A stretch of DNA of 38,606 nucleotides. It comes from Catajapyx aquilonaris (taxonomy: Eukaryota). The number at the start of each line of letters is the position of its first letter. The stretch's first letter is position 1. Under the pieces are notes generated by a model. It was not told the origin of the DNA. It ran no database searches and saw only the letters and a list, made by a program, of their open reading frames with translations. Position numbers and translations under genes: made by a program. Location: the NCBI GenBank assembly GCA_000934665.2, contig JYFJ02003714.1, positions 1 to 38,606 on the forward strand, written 5' to 3'. Shown here piece after piece: positions 20,180-32,205 of the stretch.

Positions 20180-23100
20180 ATGGCCGACACTGCGAGTTCT
20201 GCGTCGCCCGTCTCCTCCGCTCCCGCTGGCGCCGGTACACTCCCAGACGTCGCCAAGATGAAGGTGGGTTTGCCTCCCGGACACAACCCGCGTTCTCCGG
20301 AGAAAGGAAACGGTCTATAAGTGCATTCCATGTTCACACCTACGGGCTTTTGCACACTGCCGCTTCCTTTCCGCTTAAGTCGCCTGTTGGCATTCCTGCA
20401 TTCTCACTGGACTTATTCTTCTGGCTGTGTTTGGAATACTCTTGGCAGCCATACTTTTCGCCGGAACAGAACGACGGACAAACTAGTGTGAACCGAGCTT
20501 GCATTGGCTTACTGTGTCAAATTACCTGGTTGAAGTACTGAGAGGGGGTGAGACAACAGCTGCAGGCAGTTTAGATGGGCCGGAATTTAATTTTTTGCAT
20601 TTCCAATAACTTGCAGGTGGCTGACTTGAAGCGGGAGCTCAAGTCTCGTGGCCTCAGCGCGATCGGAAACAAGGGGGAGCTGACCGACCGCCTCCAGGAA
20701 GCTATTCAGATGGAGCGATTGGCTCTCGGGGAGGACTCTGCCCTGGAGGACCCGACGTTGGATCCCACGGATTCTTCTCTGGCAGATGCGGACCTGCTGG
20801 ATGAGGATGAGGTCTTGGCTGATGAGTCTGAGGTGTTTGGGGAGGAAGTGTCGTCCACTGGGGGTAAGGACGAAGAGGACGAAGCACTGTTGGCCAGCCC
20901 CACCAAGACAAGCCCACCGGCGCCGCTGCCAGCCAAGAAGATTATTCTCGACCGAACTACCCCTGTGGTGGTACCTACTCCATCTTCTGAGGCACCAGCG
21001 GCATCCACGCAGTCTGACGCAGAGAAGAAAGTCGTCAAACTCACTGAACTTACCGCTGAGGAGGTAAGCCTATTGCGACAAATCTACCATTACTTGCGGT
21101 GTAGACATATGTTCATGTTGTAAAGGTTGCAATTTATTGGTCTTGGTCAAGTTTGAAGGCCTGCATTTCATTGTTGCTGATTATTACCAAACAATGACAG
21201 TAACATACAAGTCTTCAAACCTTTTCGAAATCCTAGCTTTTACTGTTTTAGTAGCAAGCACCATTTGCACTCAGAATCTTAGTAGTCCAAGCCAAATGTG
21301 TCTCAGATTACTTATCTTACTTGCTAACATTCTTTCTGATTATGCATAACGATTCACAATACATAATGAGAGACTTCTTCATTTGAGATTATAAAACAGG
21401 CCTTGAATAATATTGTAGTGTTGGTGCTTATTAGTAAGTTTTTTGAAATACAGGGTGGTTGGTAAATGGTGTACAAGCTTCTTGTAATGAGATTCCTTGT
21501 GAAAAACCTGTATATAGCAGTGAAGGTCTGACTGCTCTATGATGTGTGGTTATCGCTCGGGAGGCCTCCGAAAGTTCGAGCCAAATCATGACGTCATGTC
21601 CACCCGCGAACTTCAAACGCTACTGTATGCGGTATGTTGCCATGCCACCGTCCCCCACATTCCCACCCTTTACTCTTGAACGCTATAAACACGCGGGAAT
21701 GTAGGGGATGGCAGCATGGCAATGCCTGGTAACACACCGCATACAGTAGCGTTACGACAGTGCTTGCATTTCGCAGGTGGACGAGACGTCATGATTTGGC
21801 TCCAACTTTCTGAGGCCTCGTGAGCGATAACCACACATTGTATGGCACTCGGACCTTCACTTCCATATACAGAATGTCCCAGTCTACAAACGGGTTACGT
21901 TCCTGAAAACATCCATTCATCGGATTTGTACGTAACTCGGATCTCTGAGGAACAGGGCATATATGCGAAGTAAAGATGCTGCTTCAACAAACCGCTTACG
22001 TCAAGTATGTTCGTTCACATGTGCAGAAGAATGTAGTTTCCCAGTTATTTATTTATTACACAGTATTTATGTCGAACTTGGTGTCTGTTAACATATACAG
22101 AAGTGATTGAAAGTGGTGGGATAATTAAATATTATCCTTCTGGGGAGCCTTGGCAGCCCATTCGTAAGTACGGATCGCTGTAAGTCAGACCGTTCGTAAA
22201 CCGGGGACCTCCTGCTGGTTTTTCATAAGGAATCTCGTCATGTGAAGCTAGTATGCCATTTACCGATCACTCTGTATTTGTTAGCCCTAGTGCTTTTGTT
22301 AAAATGCTGAGTACACATGTTACGTGTCGAGCCATTTAAAAAAATAATTATACACTTGCCCCTTGAATAAGTAAATTGAAGACCTGAATTGCAAAAGTCC
22401 CAAGTCCAGGAATGAAAACTTTTCAGGAGAGCCAAAAAATCATGCAACCTCCCTCCTTCTGATCTTCTCTATCTTGGCAAACAGTGAATCGCAAGGTAAA
22501 AAACTGTGCCCACTTGTTGGAAAATAGTGGTGTACAGTACTAAACCTGCCTTCCTGCATGGAAAAACATCACATGTCCATGGACGTGGAACTCTATTCCA
22601 TGCCACAAGAACCAAGGATAGCCAAAATTCTGTAGTTCCTTGCGGTCTTGGGATGATTTTGCATTCGGGCCAGATGAGTCCTTCGCTGTAGAACAAATTG
22701 GCGACAAAAAAGCAAATTGACAGAAAAATGGACTTGGGACCTTTTGCAATTCAGGTCTTCAATTGCATGTAAATTTTATCTTCAATAGCGTCTGAAGCTT
22801 CGTGAATCCAAGTTTGGTGCAACTGGCACAGCTGTGGATGGAGCAGAAAAGAAGGCAGCACGCGCCCAGCGGTTTGGAATCACTGGAGACTCTGCCACCT
22901 CTGCAGCCACCGGAACTACTGGTGGAACTGTGACAAAAGACCTGGAGCTTCTTAAGAAGAGAGCCACCCGGTTTGGAGTCACCCTCTCCAAAGATATCTC
23001 CTCGGTACGTACATGAACTGCAGTGGATGAAATGTTGGAGAGATTAATCTTTTTGCAGGATGGCAAAAACTTCATTTGAACACCAATAATTCCTCAACTC

Positions 23101-23459
23101 CAAGCATTATACAAATGTCATCCTAGGAGCCCAGATACATATTTGTCTGTTACACTTGTTAGAACCAGGCAACATGAATTCTCCTCCATAATTTTGACCA
23201 CCAGGGCACCCTGCCATATCTTGAGTTCCTTCTCAGTAATGCTGAAGAAAATTTAATTACTTCACAGCTGGAGCAAGAGGAGAAACTGAAGAAGCGAAGG
23301 GAGCGTTTCGGCCAAAGTGAGGTGGAAGTCGTCTACAAGAAGGTCAAGTTAAGTGCTGGGGGGAGCACAGGTACAAACGGGGCTGTACAGAAAGGACCAG
23401 ATCCAGATGCAGAAAAGAAACTACAGCGAGCCAAGCGGTTTGCTCAGTCTTCGAAGTAG
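20180..23459 (+). CDS. SARNP: SAP domain-containing ribonucleoprotein (CIP29/Tho1 family), ~312 aa
   Basis: Exons 20180-20263, 20617-21063, 22789-23004, 23268-23459 (939 nt, all phase 0). SAP domain KMKVADLKRELKSRGLSAIGNKGELTDRLQEA; repeated Tho1/MOS11 motifs RESKFG, RAQRFG, RATRFG, RRERFG and RAKRF. Confidence 0.93.
21489..22236. mobile_element. Long foldback (palindromic) MITE in SARNP intron 2, interrupted by a nested element
   Basis: Imperfect arms ~21489-21665 versus 21695-21869 plus 22215-22236 (GAGATTCCTTGTGAAAAACCTG / CTGGTTTTTCATAAGGAATCTC). Confidence 0.75.
21870..22214. mobile_element. Tigger/pogo-like MITE nested in the foldback arm
   Basis: Left end TA-CAGAATGTCCCAGTCTACAAACGGGTTACGTTCC; right end GTTCGTAAACCGGGGACCTCCTG; internal TTCGTAAGT-type repeats typical of Tigger derivatives. 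Confidence 0.65.
22378..22760. mobile_element. 383-bp TIR element flanked by AATT
   Basis: TIR GAAGACCTGAATTGCAAAAGTCCCAAGTCCA / TGGACTTGGGACCTTTTGCAATTCAGGTCTTC (one indel); AATT on both sides (22374-22377, 22761-22764). Confidence 0.8.
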
Positions 23460-23790
23460 GGTGTGTGTGAATAGATATTTTTTTTCTTTTGTTCTCCATC
23501 CCACCTTTTACCAACACATCACAGTGTGACATTGTGAATCATAATCATTTTTGCAAATGTCACTTTGCATTGATAAAACTTAACTTGCTGAAAGCCTTCC
23601 CTGTCTGTTCTTAAATCATGGAAGATCATTCCGTTTCCTATGCTTTATATTCTGTTTTAATTTGTTCAACATGATGAGGATTAATAATAAACAATTGTGC
23701 AAATGTGTTTTTTTAACATCAACCATTTAATATAAACAATGTGTATTTACATGTAAGTGCATATTTACAGTAATGTGTTCCTGGGGATGG

Positions 23791-26484
23791 TTACGAAGGT
23801 GGTTTGCCTCCATCCGGAGTCTTCCTTTGCCCTCGGTCTTGTCTCTTATCCTTCTCGGGCTTGCCTCGCAGGAGTGGCTTTGGCCTTCTGATGTGGTCCA
23901 CGCTGGCCTGCCATCGTAAGCGCTTTGGCCTTCCTGTCATTGTCGCCTCCACCTCTTGGATGCCATTTCTACTTCCCAAAGGCAGTTCGACTGAAAATAT
24001 ATTCATAGCACAGGATGTACCCTTCACGTCAGTAATTGTGTTACCAAATCAGGTCCTACGCTGAATTAGTCAAGTCACTCTGTTGGAATGCCTCGACTTC
24101 CCAGCCCGTAGAAGGGTATAATTTATTAACTGTGGCCCAAACAGACTGTAGGTCAGCCCAAAATGCAGACTTTGAATGCATTTACAACTGCTGAAGCAGA
24201 GATTTGATCACTTTCTTTTTTTTCACGTGTCATTGAAACTGAACGTAATTTATGAGCTAGCTGTACAAGTAAATTACAGTGCTGCATTTTACTTTTCAGT
24301 TCCGTCCCTGGTTCCGTAACATAAGTCAATGCACACTTTCAGTGGTATCCTACCTGTTTCACGCCTTGTTGAATGAGTGAAGGAGGGGGTGTGCATAGGT
24401 GTGTCCACAGGTGTGTGTACAGGTGTCTGAGAGGGTGAGGTATGCACAGAGGCCTGCACTCCTACAACACGCGTGGCTAGCATGGCCCCACCAGAAACGG
24501 ATCGCCGCAGGGCTGAAGGAAGAAACCGGTTGAAACGTCGGAAGGATCGAGATGATTCAGTCAACGAATCTGAAAAATAGGACGATTGTATTAATGATCT
24601 GTTGGAAAACCTCATCATTATTGCACATACACATTTCTCTCACATGCTGTGATCTACATCTGTGCCATTGCAGTGGCTTACAACCACTTGGGTGAATCAA
24701 CCATTGTAATGAGTATGAGTGCGTTTTTTCTTGCAAGGCAGTGATGCAATACGCTCCTGGTCAGACACTTTCTCAATGTCTTATTATGACCAAGGGATGC
24801 ATTTTCATCAGTGAGAGCTATGCAGAGTCAAAGACATTTTTTTGGTGTGTTAACTAAGTTAGCATGCTACACTTCATTTGGTGTTATGTGTGTTATTTGC
24901 CATGCCGATCTTCAAAGTGGACAGTATAGTGTACCTTTCCTAATGGGACACACATTCGTGGCCTCTTTGGAACCGCCTCGTCGCTTATGCCTGTAAACAT
25001 GTTGTTTATGCAAGGGAATTTATTTCAAATGCCACTTAGTGCATGTGCGTGTACATGTGTGTACCTGTCTCCTGCAGGGTATCATCTGGTGTGTTTCCCT
25101 GCTGCCAGACTGAGCTCCGCCTGCTAGCTGGCAACCCTACTGAAATTCACACATTAAGAAGTTCAGTTATGATAGTTTTCATCTCAACTAACCTCCATAA
25201 AGAGCTCCTTTCGGTCGACTGCAGATGATTTCCAAGTATCCCTGTCTGAATGATGGGCTTCTAAATGCGTAGATGATAGGGTTGCATGCAGAATTTAGGT
25301 AGCCAAACCAGTATGACTGAAATAATTATGCAGGTGAATTGTAATGTGATTAACAAAGGAGTCAAAAACACTCCCCCATATTACATATTGAGAGGTTAAC
25401 GACTGTCATTTTCATGTATACTCACAATAGGGTTGAGGATAGCCGGCACTGCTCCTTCCCCTTTTGCCATGAGTGTGCATGAGTATACAAGGTATGTGGC
25501 CCAGCAGGTGACAAAGCAGACCAAGACAATGACCAATGTTTCAGCAATTCTCTTTTGCTGAACAACAGTCACAGACATCTTCAGATCAAGATTGGATGTC
25601 TCTCTCATTCTGTTGAAGCAATTAGTCAAACATATCCATCATTGGTACATGTGGTTGCAGGTGCAATCTCAGGATCCACAGCTTATATTCCAGTACACAT
25701 ACCTGGACATATGCTGCCGCACCTCTTGGAAAATGCGGTAGTAGCAGAAGCACATAACCACAAATGGTATGGCCACATTGACAAGGGTGTTGACCAGTGA
25801 GTGTGTTTGCTGCAGGGTCGTGTTAGGGATGGCTGGTCCACACTGGCTGGCTCCATACTTGTACACTGGCATGAAAGTTTACATTCATTAATATTGTACG
25901 CACATTTGGACCATATATTTTACTGAATACACACCTGTCCGTGTCCATCCGTAGATTGGGGCTAGATTGTATATAGCACTCCATATCCAGGCAGCAGCAA
26001 TCATTAGGAGGATCCTCGCTGGAGTCATGGCCCTGCTGAAAGGCCTGGTGATGGACACATACTTATGCACGCTGATCAGCATGAGTGTGTGCGTGGAGGT
26101 GTGTAACCCAAGACCAATGGTGAACCCATTGAACATGCAGAGAGCACGAGAGAAGGGCCACCACCGACCCCTGGAGAATGTGGCAATGGCCAAGGGCATG
26201 TCCAGCACAGCCACCATGATGTCTGCCACAGCCAGGTTGGCCAGGAACAAGTTGGTGCGCGTCCTCATCCCCCTGTGACGGGCTATTGTCACCAGAACCA
26301 TGACATTGCCCAGGATGGCCACTGTCATTCCCACTCCCAGAAGAATGCACATTGGGTACGTGAGAAATGGGCTGTTGTAGAATACCTTCCCATGGCTCTC
26401 ATCCCAGGTGTCTTCTTCTGGATCAGATTCATTCAGAGACGTTCCCAGCAGCGGGCTGGATGATGTCGATTGTGACATGTCCAT
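23791..26484 (-). CDS. Orphan rhodopsin-like (class A) GPCR, ~503 aa
   Basis: Exons 26484-25935, 25865-25703, 25609-25426, 25316-25193, 25139-25065, 24569-24354, 23990-23791 (1512 nt, in frame). TM1 GN, TM2 NLAVAD, C3.25, TM4 W, ECL2 C, TM5 P, TM7 NSACNPIIY and helix 8 FRQGY are present. The last three (tail) exons are less certain. Confidence 0.88.
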
Positions 26485-29400
26485 TGCTCTGAAATGATGA
26501 AGAGTCCTGTTTTATCCTGACAGTTCAGAAGCAACATTTAGGCCGTCTACGTATAGTCTACGTATAGTGTACACAAGTTGGTGAGCCTCCCATGCCTAAT
26601 CATTATGATCAATACCTGATGTGTATTGGCAATGAGTCGACGATTGACTCGTCTCAGAACTCAACTCACTTTCCAGCCAGTCAGCCAATTTCCAGACTCA
26701 ATAAATAAGCTATGAACGTGCGGATATGAGAATCCTGCTACTGTCTGAGAATCTCTTGAGGCACTGACTGGTCCACATTCCTAGGGCATTCTAGGTCCAC
26801 ATTGTGCAGAACCGGCACAGCTGGGTTTCATCAACATATTTTTGGGCTCATTCTTCTCTCACTGCAGAAGCAATGTTTGGATGTTACAACATTCGCGGCG
26901 GTTTTCTCGGTTTTGTTTGGATTCTTCAGATGCAAACCCCCTCATCATTCGGGATATTTATACGAAATGTCACAACTATGCTATGCACATGTTGTATATA
27001 ACACGAGGTTCCTCCCTATAGATTTGTGCATTTTTGTGCCACCGTGTGTCGAGACGATGTCTACGTGACAAGGGCATGTTTGACTTTGCGGCGTGTTCCG
27101 TCTATCCATAGCCTGCGTACACCACAGTGCATAGATTTATGTGCGTCTTCGAGGTCACCTTGCTTTGTACGATAGTACTTCCAGGAAAGCAGGAAGCGGT
27201 TCCCCGGAGAATTACCCACTTTTCTTATGGCGCAAATAATGAACTCGATTCCCAAGCTTCCTACGTGTTTTTAGTATACGTGAACTTTCCTAGTTATGGG
27301 AATTTTACCCTGCCGTATCAGGTAGTGATAATACACACTGAAAGGTCGTTCACCACTCATCGACTCATGCATATAATGCAACGTCGCTAAAACTGGTTTG
27401 CACTCTATATTGTGCTGGAACATTGTCGCATAATCTACATTAGCTCTTACGGAGAACATATCCCATCCATCCCATCCACTCTGCACTACTCACACATGAT
27501 ACGATGCGTTTATTGTTGTACATTAATACTACAGACATGATGAAATTCTGAATGAAATATGGTGTGACATCAGGCGTACGCACGTCTACTAAATTCAACG
27601 AATCGATGAAGCTTGGAAGCAGCAATTAAGCAACTTGCTATGAAATATTGCAATGCACTTTACTGCCAAACGTTATAAAGATAAGCCTGTATCAGTCAAA
27701 TCCGGAAATTATTAAGGAGATATGAATGGAGACCGAAGCAAAAAGTGACCTCGTCCGTAAGAGATCACGATTCTCGTTATTGTTCCGGTTTTGACTCGAA
27801 GAAATAAGCCAAAAACAAGCAAGACTAATGCCACTCTGAAGTACACACATGTGTAGCATCTGCCATGTTACCGGCCGAAAATAGGGTCTTTCCTTTGCAT
27901 TCTGCTCAGGCTGACACCAGGAACATATTGGACAGGAGAGATCTTCACATTCATTTTGACTGAAAAATTAGGGTACTCGTAACACATAGCCATGCTCTAG
28001 GAATAAAAATAAACTGAGAAACCTGTATAATGTTATGACGAGAAAAGAATACGTAATCCAACAGCTCATCTATCTACAGAGGCGTATCTATGCAGCACAG
28101 CAAAAATAGCCCCATTAGCAAGCTGAACAAGTGAAACTTGACGCCTACAAGTAATCCATTATCGCAGGTACAATGTGATGAGGATGCAATTTCCTAGAAT
28201 CAAATTCGCAACACAAAAAGCCTGTTAGAGTAACAACGATCGCTTCCAATTTCGTCTAATGCAGGTCCGCTGTATACGGGATACTCTTATCTGCGGAAAG
28301 GTCGGCTATAGATTGTGGTCATTCATGTCTTATTATCAGCTAGGCAAATAAGGTACCGTATAGACGGAAAATCCATAGTCGCTCTTGGTGGAATAAGAGA
28401 TGAAAAATCTTTGCAATGAAGAAATTGTTGTAGCCTCGGAGGAAAAGGAAGTGGAAGTGGTGGGCGACAGGAAAACCAAAAACTTTAGTAATCATTTCCT
28501 CCCAAAAGTTGACAGATACACCAGCTAACAAAGAAAACAAGTTCGTCTGCACCACGGAGTTGACAAACTTCTGGAAGAACAAGAGTTATCCGCCCCCAAC
28601 ACCTGCGGACACATTAGCAGGATCATTGCTGCTAATTGGAAGCATGTCACTGCTGACCATGTTGTGTAAAGATAAAGAGCAAGATAACCCCGAAGCGGTG
28701 ATTGAGGTCAGCCACTGGTCCCTTGACCTTTTTGCATACACCACTACGATAACGTACAATAGACTGTACTATCAAAATCCAGTAGTGTCAGACAAACATA
28801 TACTGCCGGAGTCAACAGCACTCTAGCAAGGTAATGGAGAAATCCACTTGTCGGAGTACTGATGCTGATGTATTGCACTGTTGCGCATAATTGGTCATAC
28901 AGTAATACAATGGTAACACAAGACAGCTTGTCAGACTCCTCAATGACACTAACATATCAGGTGACACAAAGTGACACGCGCACTTACACACATACAACAA
29001 AAAATGAACGGATGTACAGTCTCACAACCGCAAGATATGGAAGGTAAACGTACGCTAAAAATCACTGTACTTGCTTGTCAAACATCCTCTCCGGGATAAT
29101 GTCCGCCAGCATATAAATTCAGCAACCGTGCTCTACTACCTGACCATCGTCGACTCATCTGTACCGGTACCCCGATGTGGCAAAAAAAGGACCATTGTCC
29201 CATGATTCACACTCGACAGATAAACAGATAGGAGAAGTAAGTCAAGCACAAGTCTCACCTGATATTACAGTACAGTGTGCGACGAGTGTGTCGTCGTGTC
29301 CCGGTTGCGCTGTCCGGAATGCACCTTCCCAGTGCGGAGGCCGGACAGGAGCGCGTCCCATGCGCACACACGCACTCGCAAACTCGCACTGTTCGCACAC

Positions 29401-30176
29401 CAGGTTCGTCTTGACTGCAAACTACGTCATCACCACGCTTCCTGGGAGGAGACACACACACGCTCACAAATGACAAAGGGTGTATCGGAATGTTTAAGAC
29501 CAACCGGAGATACGCTCGTCTCTTCGGAGCCATACAGGGTGTTTCATTACGTACTGTACAGGTATACCATAAGAAATATATGTTACAATATCCTGTATCA
29601 TCGACAGTTTCCCAGACACTGGAAGTGTTGAAAGCTATATCAACACATATATGGTGGGGATTAATGTTAATTAGGCCTACCTCTAACTAGGATGCGGAGG
29701 GTAACAGGCTCTTTTAAAGGCTGAATCATGTTGGAGCAACGTATATGCTGACACAAGCCTGGTGCCTGTTACGTCTGGTGTATAGTTTAGTGCCACCACC
29801 GAGAAAATAAATCGGCTTCCATAAACAAACAAACCAACACCAAGAACCTCAGTTGTGGGCACAAAAATGCGAGAGGTTACATCTTCGGTCGGAGGCCTGG
29901 CTCATCGCATGGCAGATGACACCCATCAGATGATTACAATTCCAACAGGGTGCTACCGCTGCGCTGGGACAATCTAATCAATGAGCAGAAGCTGCTGGTG
30001 GATGAGATAGACGCCGAGATAATTGGTCAGACCGTAGCATATGAACCTATATATTACGTAGGCGAATCTGCAGGGCGCTTCATTATTTGTCTGCGCTGCA
30101 CTTGTCGCATGCTGTTCAGTTTACGGTTCATTAGGATCTTAATTAATTCTACCACGAGTTCATCACGTGCGGTTAT

Positions 30177-30279
30177 TACAGGGTGGTGCATTGCACCAGT
30201 TAGGAATTGTTCACCCCAGCAACCACATGTGTGGATTCCAACGAATGAATTCGGGTATTGGACAGTGCAGCACCCTGTA
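30177..30279. mobile_element. ~100-bp Tc1/mariner-like MITE
   Basis: TA-CAGGGTGGTGCATTGCACCA ... TGGACAGTGCAGCACCCTG-TA imperfect TIRs with TA flanks. Confidence 0.55.
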
Positions 30280-32205
30280 TTCACGCCATGCATTAAAAAT
30301 AAAACGCAGAAGTTACGCCGATCGAAGATGGAAAAGAATAGGGGGCCAGTGGCCCAGTTATGTTGCAGCGACCTTTTCACGAATTAAGTGACACGAACGT
30401 GCAACAACACGCTACATGAATTGGCAATAAATTACAATTTCACGTGCCCGCGGGAATTTTTCTGCTGGGTTCTTGGTGACGTCAGGACGACCAAATGAAG
30501 GATATCTACGTACAGACGAGTGAGCGACGCAAAAATAATCTCGCGGAGGGAAATGGCGCACATAGCACATGCTTTTTTTTCTAGTATAAAATTTGAACCG
30601 ACCTCATGGACGACATTACGAGTTCAGGCTACAAATCCAGCTCGACCAGAGGTGATTAAAAATAAATAAACTTGTTAACAAGAATTACAGCCATTATCTT
30701 AGGCGGATGGCTTATTTGTGTTGATCAATACAGCAGACGAGACCTTCAAAAATAAGCTATACGGTATGTTTGCGAAACATACGGCCCAGTATAATGTATC
30801 CTTGTGACAGCATACTAAATAGAGGAGACAATGCTCTCTATTCACTATCCGCTGTGCATAAAATGGAATATGTCAATTAACCAATAAATTAAATCCAATT
30901 GGTCGTCTTCAAAGTGACAATTTTTAACCTCATTTTTCGACAGCTGATATATACAGAAGACATAAAAATGTTGCTTGTTAGATGAGGTTTGTTTTGGCGT
31001 AGGATTTTCTGTGTCCAACTTCACTAATTAATTAAAAATCTGCATTATATCGTATAGACGCAAGTAGCTTTGTAAATACTCTAATATCAGTTATCACATA
31101 TACAGTAATTTCACAGCATGACCGTCAAATAAGAAACAACGCCCCTTCTTCGTGATACAAAATAGTGCAAATGTCAGAACCTGAGTACATAATATAAGAT
31201 GAGTGACCATGTACCTCTCTGTAGAATGGCAATTATCTGATTCCGTATACTGTAGACTGAAAGTAATATTAGGACAATATATTCATGGGGTTGGGTGTGG
31301 TTTCCCTTAGGTGTATATTTCCCCCCCCCACAGCATAACTTGCGTGATCAGACACTCAGAAAGGCCTATCTCCTCTCATAGGCCCAGCATGCACTTGTTT
31401 GATTAAACCTACTAAAGATGGCCTTTTTTTTGGTAGCCCATCTGCAGAATAACCACACGCATCCGTGCCTGCACGCAGTCTGGACATTTCATGGACTCAG
31501 AACTGACTGATGATGCACGCAAATGTGGAGCCGAACCTTGGAGTCTAATAAGAACACATAATCCTTCAACAATATTAGCATCACTTACCAAATGGGCATT
31601 AACTGCTGATGCAAAAGGTGATACTATTACTGTAAAACTTATTCGAATTTAGAACTTAATAAAAAAGCATACTGAAGAATGTAATAAAGGATGTCATAAT
31701 GCCATGAGCAATTCTAACTATAATTAAAGTTAGCTAATAACTTTGTCAACACTAAGCCTCAGATATCATTAAATCGGGCCAAAAGAATGCATTACGTTAA
31801 ACACTGCAGCATCAGTTTAGCACTGTACACAGTTTACTTGATGTGCATTTCCAAAGCATACCAAGGTTGTTTGTGGTTTTCTTTGTATATTTCAGGCATG
31901 CTCCGAGGTATTTTCAAGTGTAAGCTACTATCTTTTATGCACTTTTGACGCAAATAAAGTGCAGATGTTGCGAACGAAACTATCTCTCTCTGAGTGAGCA
32001 GCTGAAAAGAGGAAAAATGTGCTACGCTTTCCTTATAGTTCAGAATAATTTTAGCCATGTTTTGTGTGAAACTTCTTTATTTTATGGGTGGCATCCTCAC
32101 GGACACCAAAATAAATAACATTCAATCGCCTTTACTTGAGCCTTCCTTCTCCTTCCTCGATTGCATAAACTCTCACAATTCACCCGAAATATGTTGACCA
32201 CATTC

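Noticed and set aside
19957..20541. 194-aa plus-strand ORF across the bidirectional promoter
   Set aside because: It overlaps SARNP exon 1 in another frame and runs into the intron; explained by high GC content.
23340..23400. Apparent frameshift in the last SARNP exon
   Set aside because: Recounting the G6 run shows the frame is continuous to the RAKRF motif and the stop at 23459.
26545..26568. 11-bp tandem duplication GTCTACGTATA
   Set aside because: Only two copies; an ordinary slippage or excision footprint with no further support.
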